From a phage, in NCBI GenBank assembly GCA_031856995.1, contig GCA_031856995.1_4356.1: DNA of 43,888 bases, one strand, 5' to 3'. The position numbers and the translations under genes were made by a program. Shown here piece by piece: positions 9,335-18,613 of this stretch. The notes under the pieces are model-generated. The model was not told the DNA's origin and did no database searches. It saw nothing but the letters and a program-made list of their open reading frames with translations. Position 1 is the stretch's first letter. Every line of letters starts with the position of its first letter.

Positions 9335-9846
9335 GTGGTCAACAGGCCGCGTAATAACGGTATCTCTTTAGGTGTCATCAGTATACCAGTGCTTCGTTGG
9401 TTCAGCATAGGTGTACCGACATCTGCGGAAAACTCGCCTTTCTCCTGATTGATGGCCTGTAACTCGTACACGACAGGGCCGTCCGCCGGATAAGACAGGT
9501 CGGTGCCGACGTAACGGCGGAATACAAACTTCGGCAACTCGGTGTTACTCATCGGGATTTTATCCATCTCATCATCAAGTTGATTGAGAATATCCGGTAG
9601 TGTAAACGTCGTCGTCTGGTCCATATCGCTGTTGTTAGCGGCCCCGGACGCCTCCATCGGGGTGGGTTCGAATGTGATAGTTTCGCCGGTTTCCAGTGTC
9701 GCCGTAAGTTCCTGTAGCCCACGAACAAGATAGTACGTCTTTGACAACAACGGGTGGCTGATTTGCAACGTGATGTAGTCTATCTCGCCGTCGGGATTTG
9801 ATGCCAACTTACGGCGATAGGCAGCTTCTACTGATTCCTGACTCAT
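9331..9846 (-). CDS. minor tail protein (L-like by position)
   Basis: 171 aa, translationally coupled within tail-tip cluster. Confidence 0.5.
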   Translation of the reverse strand: MSQESVEAAYRRKLASNPDGEIDYITLQISHPLLSKTYYLVRGLQELTATLETGETITFEPTPMEASGAANNSDMDQTTTFTLPDILNQLDDEMDKIPMSNTELPKFVFRRYVGTDLSYPADGPVVYELQAINQEKGEFSADVGTPMLNQRSTGILMTPKEIPLLRGLLTT

Positions 9847-9849
9847 AAG

Positions 9850-11250
9850 TTAGCCGTCCACATTAAAATCAATACGAGTGATATATTTACTACCCCACGC
9901 AGAATCGGCCTGAGGGATAGTCGCGTAATCATCTACAGCCTGAACGTTTATCACGGAGCCGTCGGAATAGGTGATGTCGATACTTGTCGCGCCGTTCATT
10001 ACTACTTTTGCCGATGGCGCTGGGCGTGTTACAGGAGACGCCGACGTAATTATTGGTGATGTTGTATTTTGGTTTACCTCTACAGTAGCCGCGGATAATT
10101 TAATCCCTGAAACGCCATCCCCCGTAAAGGATCCGGTAACTCCGTCTGAATATATCCATGCGTCCATCCGTATTCTCATTGTTTTATCTTCTGTCGCGGT
10201 GATCGTCTCCGATATTCGGAACCACCCTCCGCCTACGTCGGTTACATCTGTACCGCCTGGGCCGGAATAAATGCTACCATCCCGCAAATCAACAACTGCC
10301 GAGCCTAATACTGTAGGAAGTTCTCGCACGTACATCCGTATGAAATTGTATCCGTTTGCTTTTGCGAAGAAACTAAAAGTAACCATGTCGCCAACACCAA
10401 CGCTAACATCTACAGTCTGGTTTATTAGGTGGTTACCGCTTGCGGCGGTAGCAGTTACGTCGTACGTGCCAGCGGCTGTTAAAACACCTGTTTCAGATAC
10501 TGATACACTCACCAAACCTTTGTTCCAGTTTGACGAAGAGAAATTGCTTGAATATAGGAATCTGTTAGTTACTGATACCTCTGGTGGCACGCGCCCGGCG
10601 GCAACCCCGTCAATAAACGTAAGAGGCCATTCATTGGCGGCGGACTGTACAAGATTACCATTGCGGTTGATGTAATAAACCTGTGGCCCCTCATACACAA
10701 TGCGGCTATCAAGAGTCGACGCCAGAAGGTTAATCGGCGGATACCCGGCGGGGCCTTCATTGCTCCAGATGCGAGGGAACGTCGTCTCATAGTTCGCGTA
10801 TATTTTCAGGAAACTACCCAGACAATCCCCGTAACAGCCGTACAAATCCGGAAGATTGTTAATCAGGCACTGGTTCTCAAGGTCCTGGAACGGCGATTTC
10901 TCGGCGGTTGCCGTGAAGGTAATTGTCCAGTTAATCCCGTCTTCGGTGGACTCAGCGATAGTGGACGTAATGGTTACCTGATAATCTTCGATGCCCATGC
11001 CGAAGTCGTGCGCCATCCAGAAACTTGACGCACCGCCGTCTACTTTTTCGAGGAACGACAGAAACGCCTGTCGCCCCATTGCGGATGTAATCAGGGTTAC
11101 GCTAACAGGGAACACGTCGTAATACGTGTCGCGCCCCTGACGTACACCGCCACCAGCTAAATCAACGCTCCAGATGTTGTTACGTCTGGTCATCGAGTAG
11201 CCTTTCGATACAATTGGCTTAAGGCTACGTGGGAAATATAAGTCGGTCAT
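9850..11250 (-). CDS. minor/distal tail protein
   Basis: 466 aa ORF immediately downstream of tape measure gene. Confidence 0.55.
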   Translation of the reverse strand: MTDLYFPRSLKPIVSKGYSMTRRNNIWSVDLAGGGVRQGRDTYYDVFPVSVTLITSAMGRQAFLSFLEKVDGGASSFWMAHDFGMGIEDYQVTITSTIAESTEDGINWTITFTATAEKSPFQDLENQCLINNLPDLYGCYGDCLGSFLKIYANYETTFPRIWSNEGPAGYPPINLLASTLDSRIVYEGPQVYYINRNGNLVQSAANEWPLTFIDGVAAGRVPPEVSVTNRFLYSSNFSSSNWNKGLVSVSVSETGVLTAAGTYDVTATAASGNHLINQTVDVSVGVGDMVTFSFFAKANGYNFIRMYVRELPTVLGSAVVDLRDGSIYSGPGGTDVTDVGGGWFRISETITATEDKTMRIRMDAWIYSDGVTGSFTGDGVSGIKLSAATVEVNQNTTSPIITSASPVTRPAPSAKVVMNGATSIDITYSDGSVINVQAVDDYATIPQADSAWGSKYITRIDFNVDG

Positions 11251-13538
11251 TATTTAAACCCCGGCGCGTTTCTTGTGGCCTTTCTGGCCTTGCTAATCTT
11301 ACTGTTGCTGTTCTGCAAAGATGCGGCAACTTGCTCCTCGATGATGATACGCAAACGGCCTTCATCATCTTGCTCGGTGGATACGTTGCCGATTTGAGAA
11401 CTCGTGTTGTTTACGATAGTAACATTAGACGGGCCGGAAGAAGACCCGTTTTGCCCCATAATTTCTTTCATCTGCTGTGCGGTGCGAACACGCGATGCCC
11501 CCGCTGGCATGATAACTTCCGGTTTACCGCGTTCTGCGATGGTGGAAGCCTGCCCTGCGGATAACTGTCCGCCCTGTTCACGCGCGGACCGGATAGCGGA
11601 AACCTGCGCCATACCTGCACCAACGGCAGCGGCAGCGGCTACAGGGGCCAGGAACGGGCCAACTACGGGGATAGCCGCCGTGGACTTGTACGCCTCGATA
11701 GCCGCGGTGTACGTGGCTATGGTGGCCTGTACGATAGCAAATGCCTTGTACGCGCCAGAAGCCTCACCCAACGCAGACCCGATGTTTGAGGCCATGTTAC
11801 CAAAGGCCGTTGCCGTTGCATCGGCACGCTTGGTTGCGTATTGCTCGTTGATGGCGTTAAGAGCGGCCTGATACTGCTTCTCGCTAATCAAACCCTGCTC
11901 GCGGTACTTATCCGCTACCGCCAGTTTCTGCTGTTCCTGGATGTCGAGAAGCTCAAGCTCAGTAGCGTTCTGGCCCATAATCTGAGCCATGAAGTCGTCA
12001 CCTTTCTGTTGCTTTTCCTGGGCTTCTTTCTGGCGTTTATCCAGTTCATCTTGTCGTTTTTGCCCTGCTTCTAGGACAATAGCCGTTTTTGCTTGCTCGT
12101 ATTCTTTCAGTGACAGCGCGCCCTGGCTGTAGAACTCTTTTGCCTTAGCCAGTTTCTGCTGTTCCTGCGCGTCGATAGCCTTTAACTCATCGTTGTTCTG
12201 GCGGGCCAAAGTGTCGAGGTAATCTTGCGCCTGATTCCGCAATTGTTCTGCTTTCTTGGCGGCGGCTTTTGCTGCTTTATCGTCGGCGTTTCCGGTGCTG
12301 CCAGTTCCACCCTTTTTATTAACAAGGCTGGCTAAGTCAATTTCTTGCTTCTTGCGCTCGTCGTACTGCTTGCGCTGTTCCTCAATTTCTTTCTTACGCT
12401 GCTTAGACCTGTCTGTAATGGCCTGTGATTCCGCCTCTGCGCGTTTTATGCTGGCGGCGTATGCGGCGTCGGCCTCTGCGGTCAGGTTTTTAAATGTGAG
12501 CGCCGCCGTTTTGCTCGGGTCAAACACGTCGGCAAGGGTCTGTCCTAACGCTACGGCGTAATCGTCAATGCGCTGGAACCACGCAATAACCTCGTGGAAT
12601 GTCTGCTGGATGTCGGGCAGCCACTCACGGATAGCATCCGGTATAGTACCCAGCGAGTCGGACATATCCGAGGATTTGTCCTCGGTGTCATATGCCAGGT
12701 CGTTCAAGGCGTCAGAAATAAACTTGAACGACTCATTGAACAGTGTCGTCCAGTCCTGGAGCGTGGCGGCTATCTCATTAGACGCTATAGCGTCGGTGAG
12801 CGCTGTAATAGCATCTTCCGCTGTTGCCGCTTGTTCGCCTACCGCGTCACCAAAACCGGATTGCGCTACCGCAAGAACAAGACCATCGAAGGAGTCGGCG
12901 AGGCTCGATAACTGACCGTCTAGCGTCTTAGAGCGTGTCTCCATCGCTCCGGCAAAATCGGTGTTGCCGATGTTTAACAGGTATTTCTGAATCTCTTCGG
13001 AGTTCTTTTTAACCGTGGTCGTTACGCCGCGGAACGTGAACGAAACTGTATCCGCCTGTTGCGACGACTTGATGCCGAACTCTTTTAGTCGCTCAAACTC
13101 AAAGGTACTGGCGTCGGCAACTGCCTCAATCATCTGATTAAGGTCTTTACCCATAGCAGCCGCGGTGTTGCCGTAGGAGATTAATGCCTCTTTGCCGGGG
13201 TTTAGCCCAAGAGCTACGAGTTTAGTGAAGCCCTCGACCGCCTGATTGAGGCCGTACGGGGTTTCTTTTGCGAATTGCTGCAGTACGCTGAAAGCCTTAG
13301 CCGCGTTCTCGGCGCTCCCGGTCATTGTGATGAGGCCGGAGTTCAGCTTATCGAAGTTGCGCTGGGAGTCCACCAGTGCACTGAACACCTGCTTAGCGGT
13401 TTCCAGGCTGACAACGGCGGCAGCCGCAGCGCCTGCGGCTTTAGTAAGCCCGTTCAGTTGTGATGTTGTTTTATCGACGCCGGTCGATGATACTCGTACT
13501 ATCAAGCTAGCGGTATCAGCCATGATTTCTACCTTCAA
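11250..13538 (-). CDS. tail tape measure protein
   Basis: 762 aa, Ala/Gln/Lys-rich coiled-coil composition, between tail chaperones and tail-tip genes. Confidence 0.85.
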   Translation of the reverse strand: MKVEIMADTASLIVRVSSTGVDKTTSQLNGLTKAAGAAAAAVVSLETAKQVFSALVDSQRNFDKLNSGLITMTGSAENAAKAFSVLQQFAKETPYGLNQAVEGFTKLVALGLNPGKEALISYGNTAAAMGKDLNQMIEAVADASTFEFERLKEFGIKSSQQADTVSFTFRGVTTTVKKNSEEIQKYLLNIGNTDFAGAMETRSKTLDGQLSSLADSFDGLVLAVAQSGFGDAVGEQAATAEDAITALTDAIASNEIAATLQDWTTLFNESFKFISDALNDLAYDTEDKSSDMSDSLGTIPDAIREWLPDIQQTFHEVIAWFQRIDDYAVALGQTLADVFDPSKTAALTFKNLTAEADAAYAASIKRAEAESQAITDRSKQRKKEIEEQRKQYDERKKQEIDLASLVNKKGGTGSTGNADDKAAKAAAKKAEQLRNQAQDYLDTLARQNNDELKAIDAQEQQKLAKAKEFYSQGALSLKEYEQAKTAIVLEAGQKRQDELDKRQKEAQEKQQKGDDFMAQIMGQNATELELLDIQEQQKLAVADKYREQGLISEKQYQAALNAINEQYATKRADATATAFGNMASNIGSALGEASGAYKAFAIVQATIATYTAAIEAYKSTAAIPVVGPFLAPVAAAAAVGAGMAQVSAIRSAREQGGQLSAGQASTIAERGKPEVIMPAGASRVRTAQQMKEIMGQNGSSSGPSNVTIVNNTSSQIGNVSTEQDDEGRLRIIIEEQVAASLQNSNSKISKARKATRNAPGFK

Positions 13539-13848
13539 AGATTGCTTCTAAGCCCATGATAATGTCTATCTCGAACAGGCTAAGCTGTTTTTGCGTAACA
13601 TCGAGATAGGCTTTCAGGTCTTGCCACGTAACGGATTCTCTTGCGAACAATACTACAGCGTCCTCGCGCACGTGTCGCGTAAACTTAATATCACAGTACG
13701 TCTCAAAGGTGGATATAAAAAGGGGCGGGCATTCTGGCCCACCCCTTCGCGCTGCACGTTTTTTCTTATCGATTACACCCATCGCGATAAGCGCCTGTTC
13801 GTGCCCGTCAGCTATAGAATCGAACTCTCTGATTTTATGCTTATCCAC
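13516..13848 (-). CDS. tail assembly chaperone (T-like partner), GTG start in ORF track
   Basis: 110 aa between G-like chaperone and tape measure; reading frame open upstream of the annotated GTG. Confidence 0.5.
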   Translation of the reverse strand: MDKHKIREFDSIADGHEQALIAMGVIDKKKRAARRGGPECPPLFISTFETYCDIKFTRHVREDAVVLFARESVTWQDLKAYLDVTQKQLSLFEIDIIMGLEAIFEGRNHG

Positions 13849-13880
13849 AAACTCGTAGGTGGCGAACCTGTACAGCGCGT

Positions 13881-14300
13881 CTACTTTTCCTGTAATGCTT
13901 TGCGCTCGGCGTTATGGAACGCCGCAACCTGGGTTCCAAGACCTTTGAACTGGTCGAGCAATTTGTTGAACGCTTCCTTAGAGAAAGGCTCGTCGTCAAA
14001 GCTCCAGCCGTTTACGACTTCTGCCGCAAGTTGCCTGTTGAGGTCTTCCGCCAGTTCGTTAACTGCCAGGTTATATTCAGTATAGTCGCCGGAGTCTTTG
14101 GCGGCTTTTTCCAGTTCTTCGAAACGTGCCAACCCTCTACGGTACGCAATAATGAACGCACGCCCCGCTTTAACGGCGGCATCCGCATCAGGGCTTACAA
14201 CGTTAAGCCACTCCCCTGAGTCTTCACCATTCGGCAGGAGAATCGGCATCTTCTTGCCCACCAGTGCTTTCTCTTCGAAATAAAAATCAGAAAGTTTCAT
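13881..14300 (-). CDS. tail assembly chaperone (G-like)
   Basis: 139 aa acidic protein between major tail protein region and tape measure. Confidence 0.6.
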   Translation of the reverse strand: MKLSDFYFEEKALVGKKMPILLPNGEDSGEWLNVVSPDADAAVKAGRAFIIAYRRGLARFEELEKAAKDSGDYTEYNLAVNELAEDLNRQLAAEVVNGWSFDDEPFSKEAFNKLLDQFKGLGTQVAAFHNAERKALQEK

Positions 14301-14407
14301 TCTTTAATCCTTTGGTTAAGAGGTTACAGGTTAAGGTTGACGCGCCAGACGGGAACCACCCGCTTTTCGTGTGCGACACTAGGCGCAAACTTATTCTAAC
14401 ACACTAC

Positions 14408-14436
14408 TTGCGTACCCCAATATAATAGGGTACTAT
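14408..14436 (+). promoter_or_regulatory. sigma70-like promoter with palindromic core, driving the + strand island
   Basis: TTGCGT-17 nt-TACTAT with ATAATAGGGTACTATTC core; same element as at 32985-33013 and 34873-34901. Confidence 0.6.
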
Positions 14437-14451
14437 TCACTTACACCAACA

Positions 14452-14658
14452 ATGAAGGGGTTTAAAATGTCCAGTTTACCAGTTTCCTTAATTCTGTTTG
14501 CACTGCTCGCTTATTTCGCGCCTTTCCTGGTTGCGTACTTCCGTAACCATAAAGCGAAGTTAGCGATATTCATGGCTAATCTGTTTCTTGGTTGGGTTCT
14601 GCTGCCGTGGGTATTTATTTTAATCTGGGCTTGCAACTCGAACGTGAAAGAGAAGTAG
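14452..14658 (+). CDS. small membrane protein (two TM helices); likely start at ATG 14467
   Basis: MSSLPVSLILFALLAYFAPFLVAYF...LFLGWVLLPWVFILIWA; GAAGGGG RBS before 14467. Confidence 0.55.
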   Translation: MKGFKMSSLPVSLILFALLAYFAPFLVAYFRNHKAKLAIFMANLFLGWVLLPWVFILIWACNSNVKEK

Positions 14659-14696
14659 GCTACTATAAGACAAATCCTAAACACGAGGAAATAGGC

Positions 14697-15851
14697 ATGG
14701 CCCAGAAGAAAATAACCGACGAACAGTTACAGGAAGAATTGAACGCTGGGATGAAGAATATCGACATTGCTCGTAAATACGGCATCTCAGACCGCGTTAT
14801 TCGTATCCGTAAAGCGAAACTAGCGAAGAAAGGCGTAGGCCACGGGCGTGACGTTAGCCACCTTGTGCCGGACGGCTACAAGATTAAGGGTACATCGTCT
14901 CTGGTTGATGAGTTAGGCAACACTAAACTGCAATGGGTTAAGACCGACACCGATGCGGAACGTCAGGTCGAGTTAATGAAAGCCGTTGTGGACGAGATGA
15001 AAAAAGATTTACCCAAGTATAAGCCAGTCACTTTGGCCAAAAATGGGACAGATGACGACTTATTAAATCTTTACACAATAACAGACCATCACATAGGGAT
15101 GTTGGCGTGTCAAGAAGAAGGCGGGGATGATTACGACACCACAATCGCGGAATCTCTCGCGGTTGACTGGTTCAACAGTGCGGTTTGTATGAGTCCACAG
15201 AGTGGTGAATGTATCATTAACTTCTTAGGGGACCAAATGCACTACGACGGCATGAAGGCAATGACCCCTATGAGCGGTCATATTCTTTCAGCGGATAGTC
15301 GCCTGTTTAAAATGATACGCACGGCCATTAAGGTTATCAAGCTGGCTGTCTCACTGTGCTTGCGAAAACACAAGAAGGTTAAACTTCTTATCTGTGAAGG
15401 TAACCACGACCTTAGTTCTTCTCTGTGGCTCCGGGAGATGTTCTACGAGGTATACACAAATGAGCCTCGCGTCGAGGTTAACCGGGAGGTGTCACCGTAT
15501 TATGCGTACAAGTTCGGGGATTGTATGATTTCAGCACATCACGGGCATTGTTCTAACTTTGCTAAGGTAGAGCAGGCTATAATCGGTAAGTACCGGGAGA
15601 TGTACGGGCGGTGTAAGTTCACATATGTCCATACGGGGCACCTCCATCACAGGGCGGTTAAAGAGACTAATCTGCTAATTGTTGAGCAACACCAGACATT
15701 AGCGGCTAAAGATGAGTATTCTAGTAAGGGCGGCTATTATTCAGGTAGAAGCGCAAATGTGATTACATACCACAAACGTTACGGGGAGGTGTCCCGCATA
15801 AGTATACCTGTCGAAATGCTGCGAGACATAAACCCAAAATCGACATACTAA
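14697..15851 (+). CDS. HTH-domain protein fused to calcineurin-like metallophosphoesterase
   Basis: N-terminal HTH-like IDIARKYGISDRVIRIRKAKL; phosphoesterase motifs TDHHIG, GDQMHYDG, EGNHD, AHHGH, GHLHH in canonical order; ATG 14697 after GAGGA (track ORF begins 14592). Confidence 0.7.
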   Translation: MAQKKITDEQLQEELNAGMKNIDIARKYGISDRVIRIRKAKLAKKGVGHGRDVSHLVPDGYKIKGTSSLVDELGNTKLQWVKTDTDAERQVELMKAVVDEMKKDLPKYKPVTLAKNGTDDDLLNLYTITDHHIGMLACQEEGGDDYDTTIAESLAVDWFNSAVCMSPQSGECIINFLGDQMHYDGMKAMTPMSGHILSADSRLFKMIRTAIKVIKLAVSLCLRKHKKVKLLICEGNHDLSSSLWLREMFYEVYTNEPRVEVNREVSPYYAYKFGDCMISAHHGHCSNFAKVEQAIIGKYREMYGRCKFTYVHTGHLHHRAVKETNLLIVEQHQTLAAKDEYSSKGGYYSGRSANVITYHKRYGEVSRISIPVEMLRDINPKSTY

Positions 15852-15866
15852 AATATAGGTGAAAGT

Positions 15867-16367
15867 ATGGATTGGAGTGAGGTTTTTAGCTACAAAAATG
15901 GCGTCCTATACTGGAAAGTCAAATCATGTCGCCGTAACGATGTGAATATAGGTGATGTGGCCGGGAGTTTGTGTAAAAACGGCTATTGGTATGTCATGTT
16001 TGGTAACCGTAAGTTTAAAAGGTCGAGGGTGGTGTATGAGATGTTCTCAGGTAAGATTCCAAAAGGATTTGCCATAGACCATACTAACCATGATACCTGT
16101 GACGACAGAATTGAAAACCTGTCATGCAAATCTAGAAGGGACAACATGGTTAACGTGAAAAGGCGCAAAGATAATACCTCTGGAGTTACGGGTGTGGCGC
16201 GGAAAGGAAAAACTAAGTGGAGAGCTTATGCCGTTGTCAACGGTAAGCAGATTAGTAAAACATTTGACAGAATAGAGGACGCTTTCGCTGAAAGAATTTA
16301 CATGTCTGTGGCTAATAGGTTTCACATAAATCATGGACTGACAACATTCAACAACGGTTATAAATAG
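15867..16367 (+). CDS. HNH endonuclease with AP2-like DNA-binding domain
   Basis: IDHTNHDTCDDRIENL HNH motif; SGVTGVARKGKTKWRAYAVVNGKQISKTFDRIEDA AP2-like segment; AT-rich. Confidence 0.75.
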   Translation: MDWSEVFSYKNGVLYWKVKSCRRNDVNIGDVAGSLCKNGYWYVMFGNRKFKRSRVVYEMFSGKIPKGFAIDHTNHDTCDDRIENLSCKSRRDNMVNVKRRKDNTSGVTGVARKGKTKWRAYAVVNGKQISKTFDRIEDAFAERIYMSVANRFHINHGLTTFNNGYK

Positions 16368-16376
16368 GGTGTAGAG

Positions 16377-16607
16377 ATGACTTCAAAATACAACCGCACA
16401 ATGACAAACACTCACGGCAGAACTATGACAGTAGACGTTTATGATGTGCTCCGCGCTTTCGACATCCGCGACCCGGCGTTGCAGCACGCATTGAAGAAGC
16501 TGTTGTGTATGGGCTTGCGCGGTCACAAAGACACAGGAACAGACTTAGCGGAAGCAATTGAAAGTCTGGAAAAGTTACGGGAGTATCGAAGTAACATTGA
16601 TGAGTAA
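16377..16607 (+). CDS. hypothetical protein
   Basis: 76 aa ORF, last gene of + island, followed by terminator. Confidence 0.5.
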   Translation: MTSKYNRTMTNTHGRTMTVDVYDVLRAFDIRDPALQHALKKLLCMGLRGHKDTGTDLAEAIESLEKLREYRSNIDE

Positions 16608-16610
16608 TAA

Positions 16611-16640
16611 AAAGGCCCCGAAAGGGGCCTTAGTTTTATG
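16611..16640. terminator. Bidirectional rho-independent terminator (end of + island, after major tail protein gene)
   Basis: GGCCCCGaaaGGGGCC hairpin with A-run upstream and T-run downstream. Confidence 0.75.
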
Positions 16641-17808
16641 CGTAGGTGATACGTTGAATTACGATAGACGACTGGTACTGGTTGCCGGTGGCCTGGCCTT
16701 CAATAGACTGAGTGATTGACTCAGGGCCACCAATCTCAGGTGTGACCGCCGTAAGCTCTGCACGTTTCAAACTGAAAGACATAGCCCCGTTTACCCCCGC
16801 CAGAATGGAGTTAATCTCTACCTGCTGCTCGTTGATAAACTTCTGAATCATCGCCATGTCATACAGCTTACCGGAGATGGAGAAGGTGTTAGCTGCACGG
16901 CTACGCTCCACAAACGCTACGTTAGTGTTACCAAGTTCGAACTGCGCGGACGCGCTGTTATCGTTGGTGATAGTCAGACTGTCGCAACGCAACGGCGTAG
17001 AGCCGTCGAACACGGAAACGTCAACCGAAGAGAACGGCTCATCACCAAAAGTAACAGATGAGAAGTTGGAACCGGTCGGCGGCGTAGTGAGAATCTCCTG
17101 ACTGCGACCGATGAATGGGAAGCTGCCAGTTACCATCGCGTTAACAGCCTGTTCGATGGTAAAACCAGAAACTTCCACGCCTTTGGTTAACGTGTACGCG
17201 TCAGTACCGCCGCACTGGCCTTTGTACCAGGTAAGGATAGAGAACGTCTTACACGCGTTACCGGTTTCCAACGTGTCGCCAGTTTTAGCCTTACTAGTTT
17301 TTGTCTCGGTGGTCAGGGTGTGTTGGATGCCCGCACCAGTAACAACCGTAGCCGTTACTGCAGTAACAATAAATGGTTTTGCGTTATCGCCTGTTAAATC
17401 GGTAAACGCAATCAGGTCGCCTACCCCAACTCCGTCAGTGATAAAACTGCCGGTAGCGCGTGTGAACGTCTTGCCCGCGGGTGCGACGGTAATCGATAGT
17501 CCTGACAGGGAAACGCCGGATTGCCACGTAGAGCCTAAAGCGCCCGCTAACCAGTCGTCCTGGCTTTTCGAGCTAAGCTCGATGGCGTATTCTCCACTAA
17601 CCTGTTTGTTACCGGTGCGGATGGATGTAGTTTCACGGCTGCCGTCCAGTTCGTTGGATGTCAGCGTGTCACGGGTAATCGCGGGAACGCCACCCGTGTT
17701 ACGCAACGGCGACCATACCGGGTTAGTCGGTGTTACGCCGGGGGTAGTTTCCGCCACATAGAATTGCGCGGTATTCGCGCCCTTAAAAGGAGTTGTAGCC
17801 ATATTCAC
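16636..17808 (-). CDS. major tail protein
   Basis: 390 aa Thr/Gly/Ser-rich protein followed by strong terminator; position upstream of chaperones and tape measure. Confidence 0.7.
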   Translation of the reverse strand: MNMATTPFKGANTAQFYVAETTPGVTPTNPVWSPLRNTGGVPAITRDTLTSNELDGSRETTSIRTGNKQVSGEYAIELSSKSQDDWLAGALGSTWQSGVSLSGLSITVAPAGKTFTRATGSFITDGVGVGDLIAFTDLTGDNAKPFIVTAVTATVVTGAGIQHTLTTETKTSKAKTGDTLETGNACKTFSILTWYKGQCGGTDAYTLTKGVEVSGFTIEQAVNAMVTGSFPFIGRSQEILTTPPTGSNFSSVTFGDEPFSSVDVSVFDGSTPLRCDSLTITNDNSASAQFELGNTNVAFVERSRAANTFSISGKLYDMAMIQKFINEQQVEINSILAGVNGAMSFSLKRAELTAVTPEIGGPESITQSIEGQATGNQYQSSIVIQRITYA

Positions 17809-18221
17809 AGCCTCTTGGTGAATGCAATAAAGTTAATTGACAATGGTCTTTTGGCCCATCCGTTTTCTACAATCAGCGGCCCCAGGCTAACCGATTGAAC
17901 CTCGGCGCAGATGTCGTTACGTGAAAATGACTTACCTGCTTTAAACGCCGTGTTAAGTAAGTCTGCCATTTTATTGATTGGCGCGCTACCTTTCACCGAT
18001 GCGTAGTTAATGTCAACCTGATAAATACCAGAGCGTTGTTCCGTGAAGAACAAATCCGCCTGTTCCGTATCCGCCAGCAACATGTAACTTGCCAGATACG
18101 GCGTATCGGTTGACGTCGGTGCGTCGATATTTTCAAGCGCGACTTTGATGCCGTTGGCGGTTCCGAAGGCTACCAGCGGCACATCAAACGCTTTTGTTAA
18201 GTCCTCAAAGTAGCCCATCAT
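17805..18221 (-). CDS. tail component (tail terminator/completion-like)
   Basis: 138 aa, coupled between head-tail joining genes and major tail gene. Confidence 0.5.
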   Translation of the reverse strand: MMGYFEDLTKAFDVPLVAFGTANGIKVALENIDAPTSTDTPYLASYMLLADTEQADLFFTEQRSGIYQVDINYASVKGSAPINKMADLLNTAFKAGKSFSRNDICAEVQSVSLGPLIVENGWAKRPLSINFIAFTKRL

Positions 18222-18613
18222 TTCACCTTGTTGGCTTCTTCGTTAATGAGTTGCTGGAAGCGGGACACGTTAGTCCTGACCACCCCGGCGGGTGCCTGTT
18301 GCGACCAGCCATACTCCAGCCGTTGTGCATACGGCAGGTTATTTGTCAGCGTGAACTCGTGCCAGTCTGCGGCTTTCAGTACGAAACTCGTAGCGTTTCC
18401 GGTTGCCGTGTTTCCTGATTTATCCGTAGCGTCTGTAATACCGGAAGCAGGAGTACCGCCAGATGCCATCCAGTTCATACGAAAGCGACCCGTATCTACC
18501 GGACTCGCCTTTATAATAGCGGAAAACAGCTTGATAGACACCTGGCGCATCACCGTCTCAGGGTTCTTCTTCGCCTTTTCCACGAACTTAGAGACATCGA
18601 GCGCGAAACTCAT
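18218..18613 (-). CDS. head-tail joining protein (HK97 gp10-like by position)
   Basis: 131 aa; position only. Confidence 0.45.
   Translation of the reverse strand: MSFALDVSKFVEKAKKNPETVMRQVSIKLFSAIIKASPVDTGRFRMNWMASGGTPASGITDATDKSGNTATGNATSFVLKAADWHEFTLTNNLPYAQRLEYGWSQQAPAGVVRTNVSRFQQLINEEANKVK

Noticed and set aside
11404-12915. Several + strand ORFs (11404..11871, 12256..12561, 12568..12915) inside the tape measure gene
   Set aside because: Ala/Ser-rich antisense frames of a long repetitive gene; no independent support.
17111-17761. 216-aa + strand ORF antisense to the major tail protein gene
   Set aside because: Antisense artefact; Pro/Val/Thr-rich composition mirrors the opposite-strand gene.
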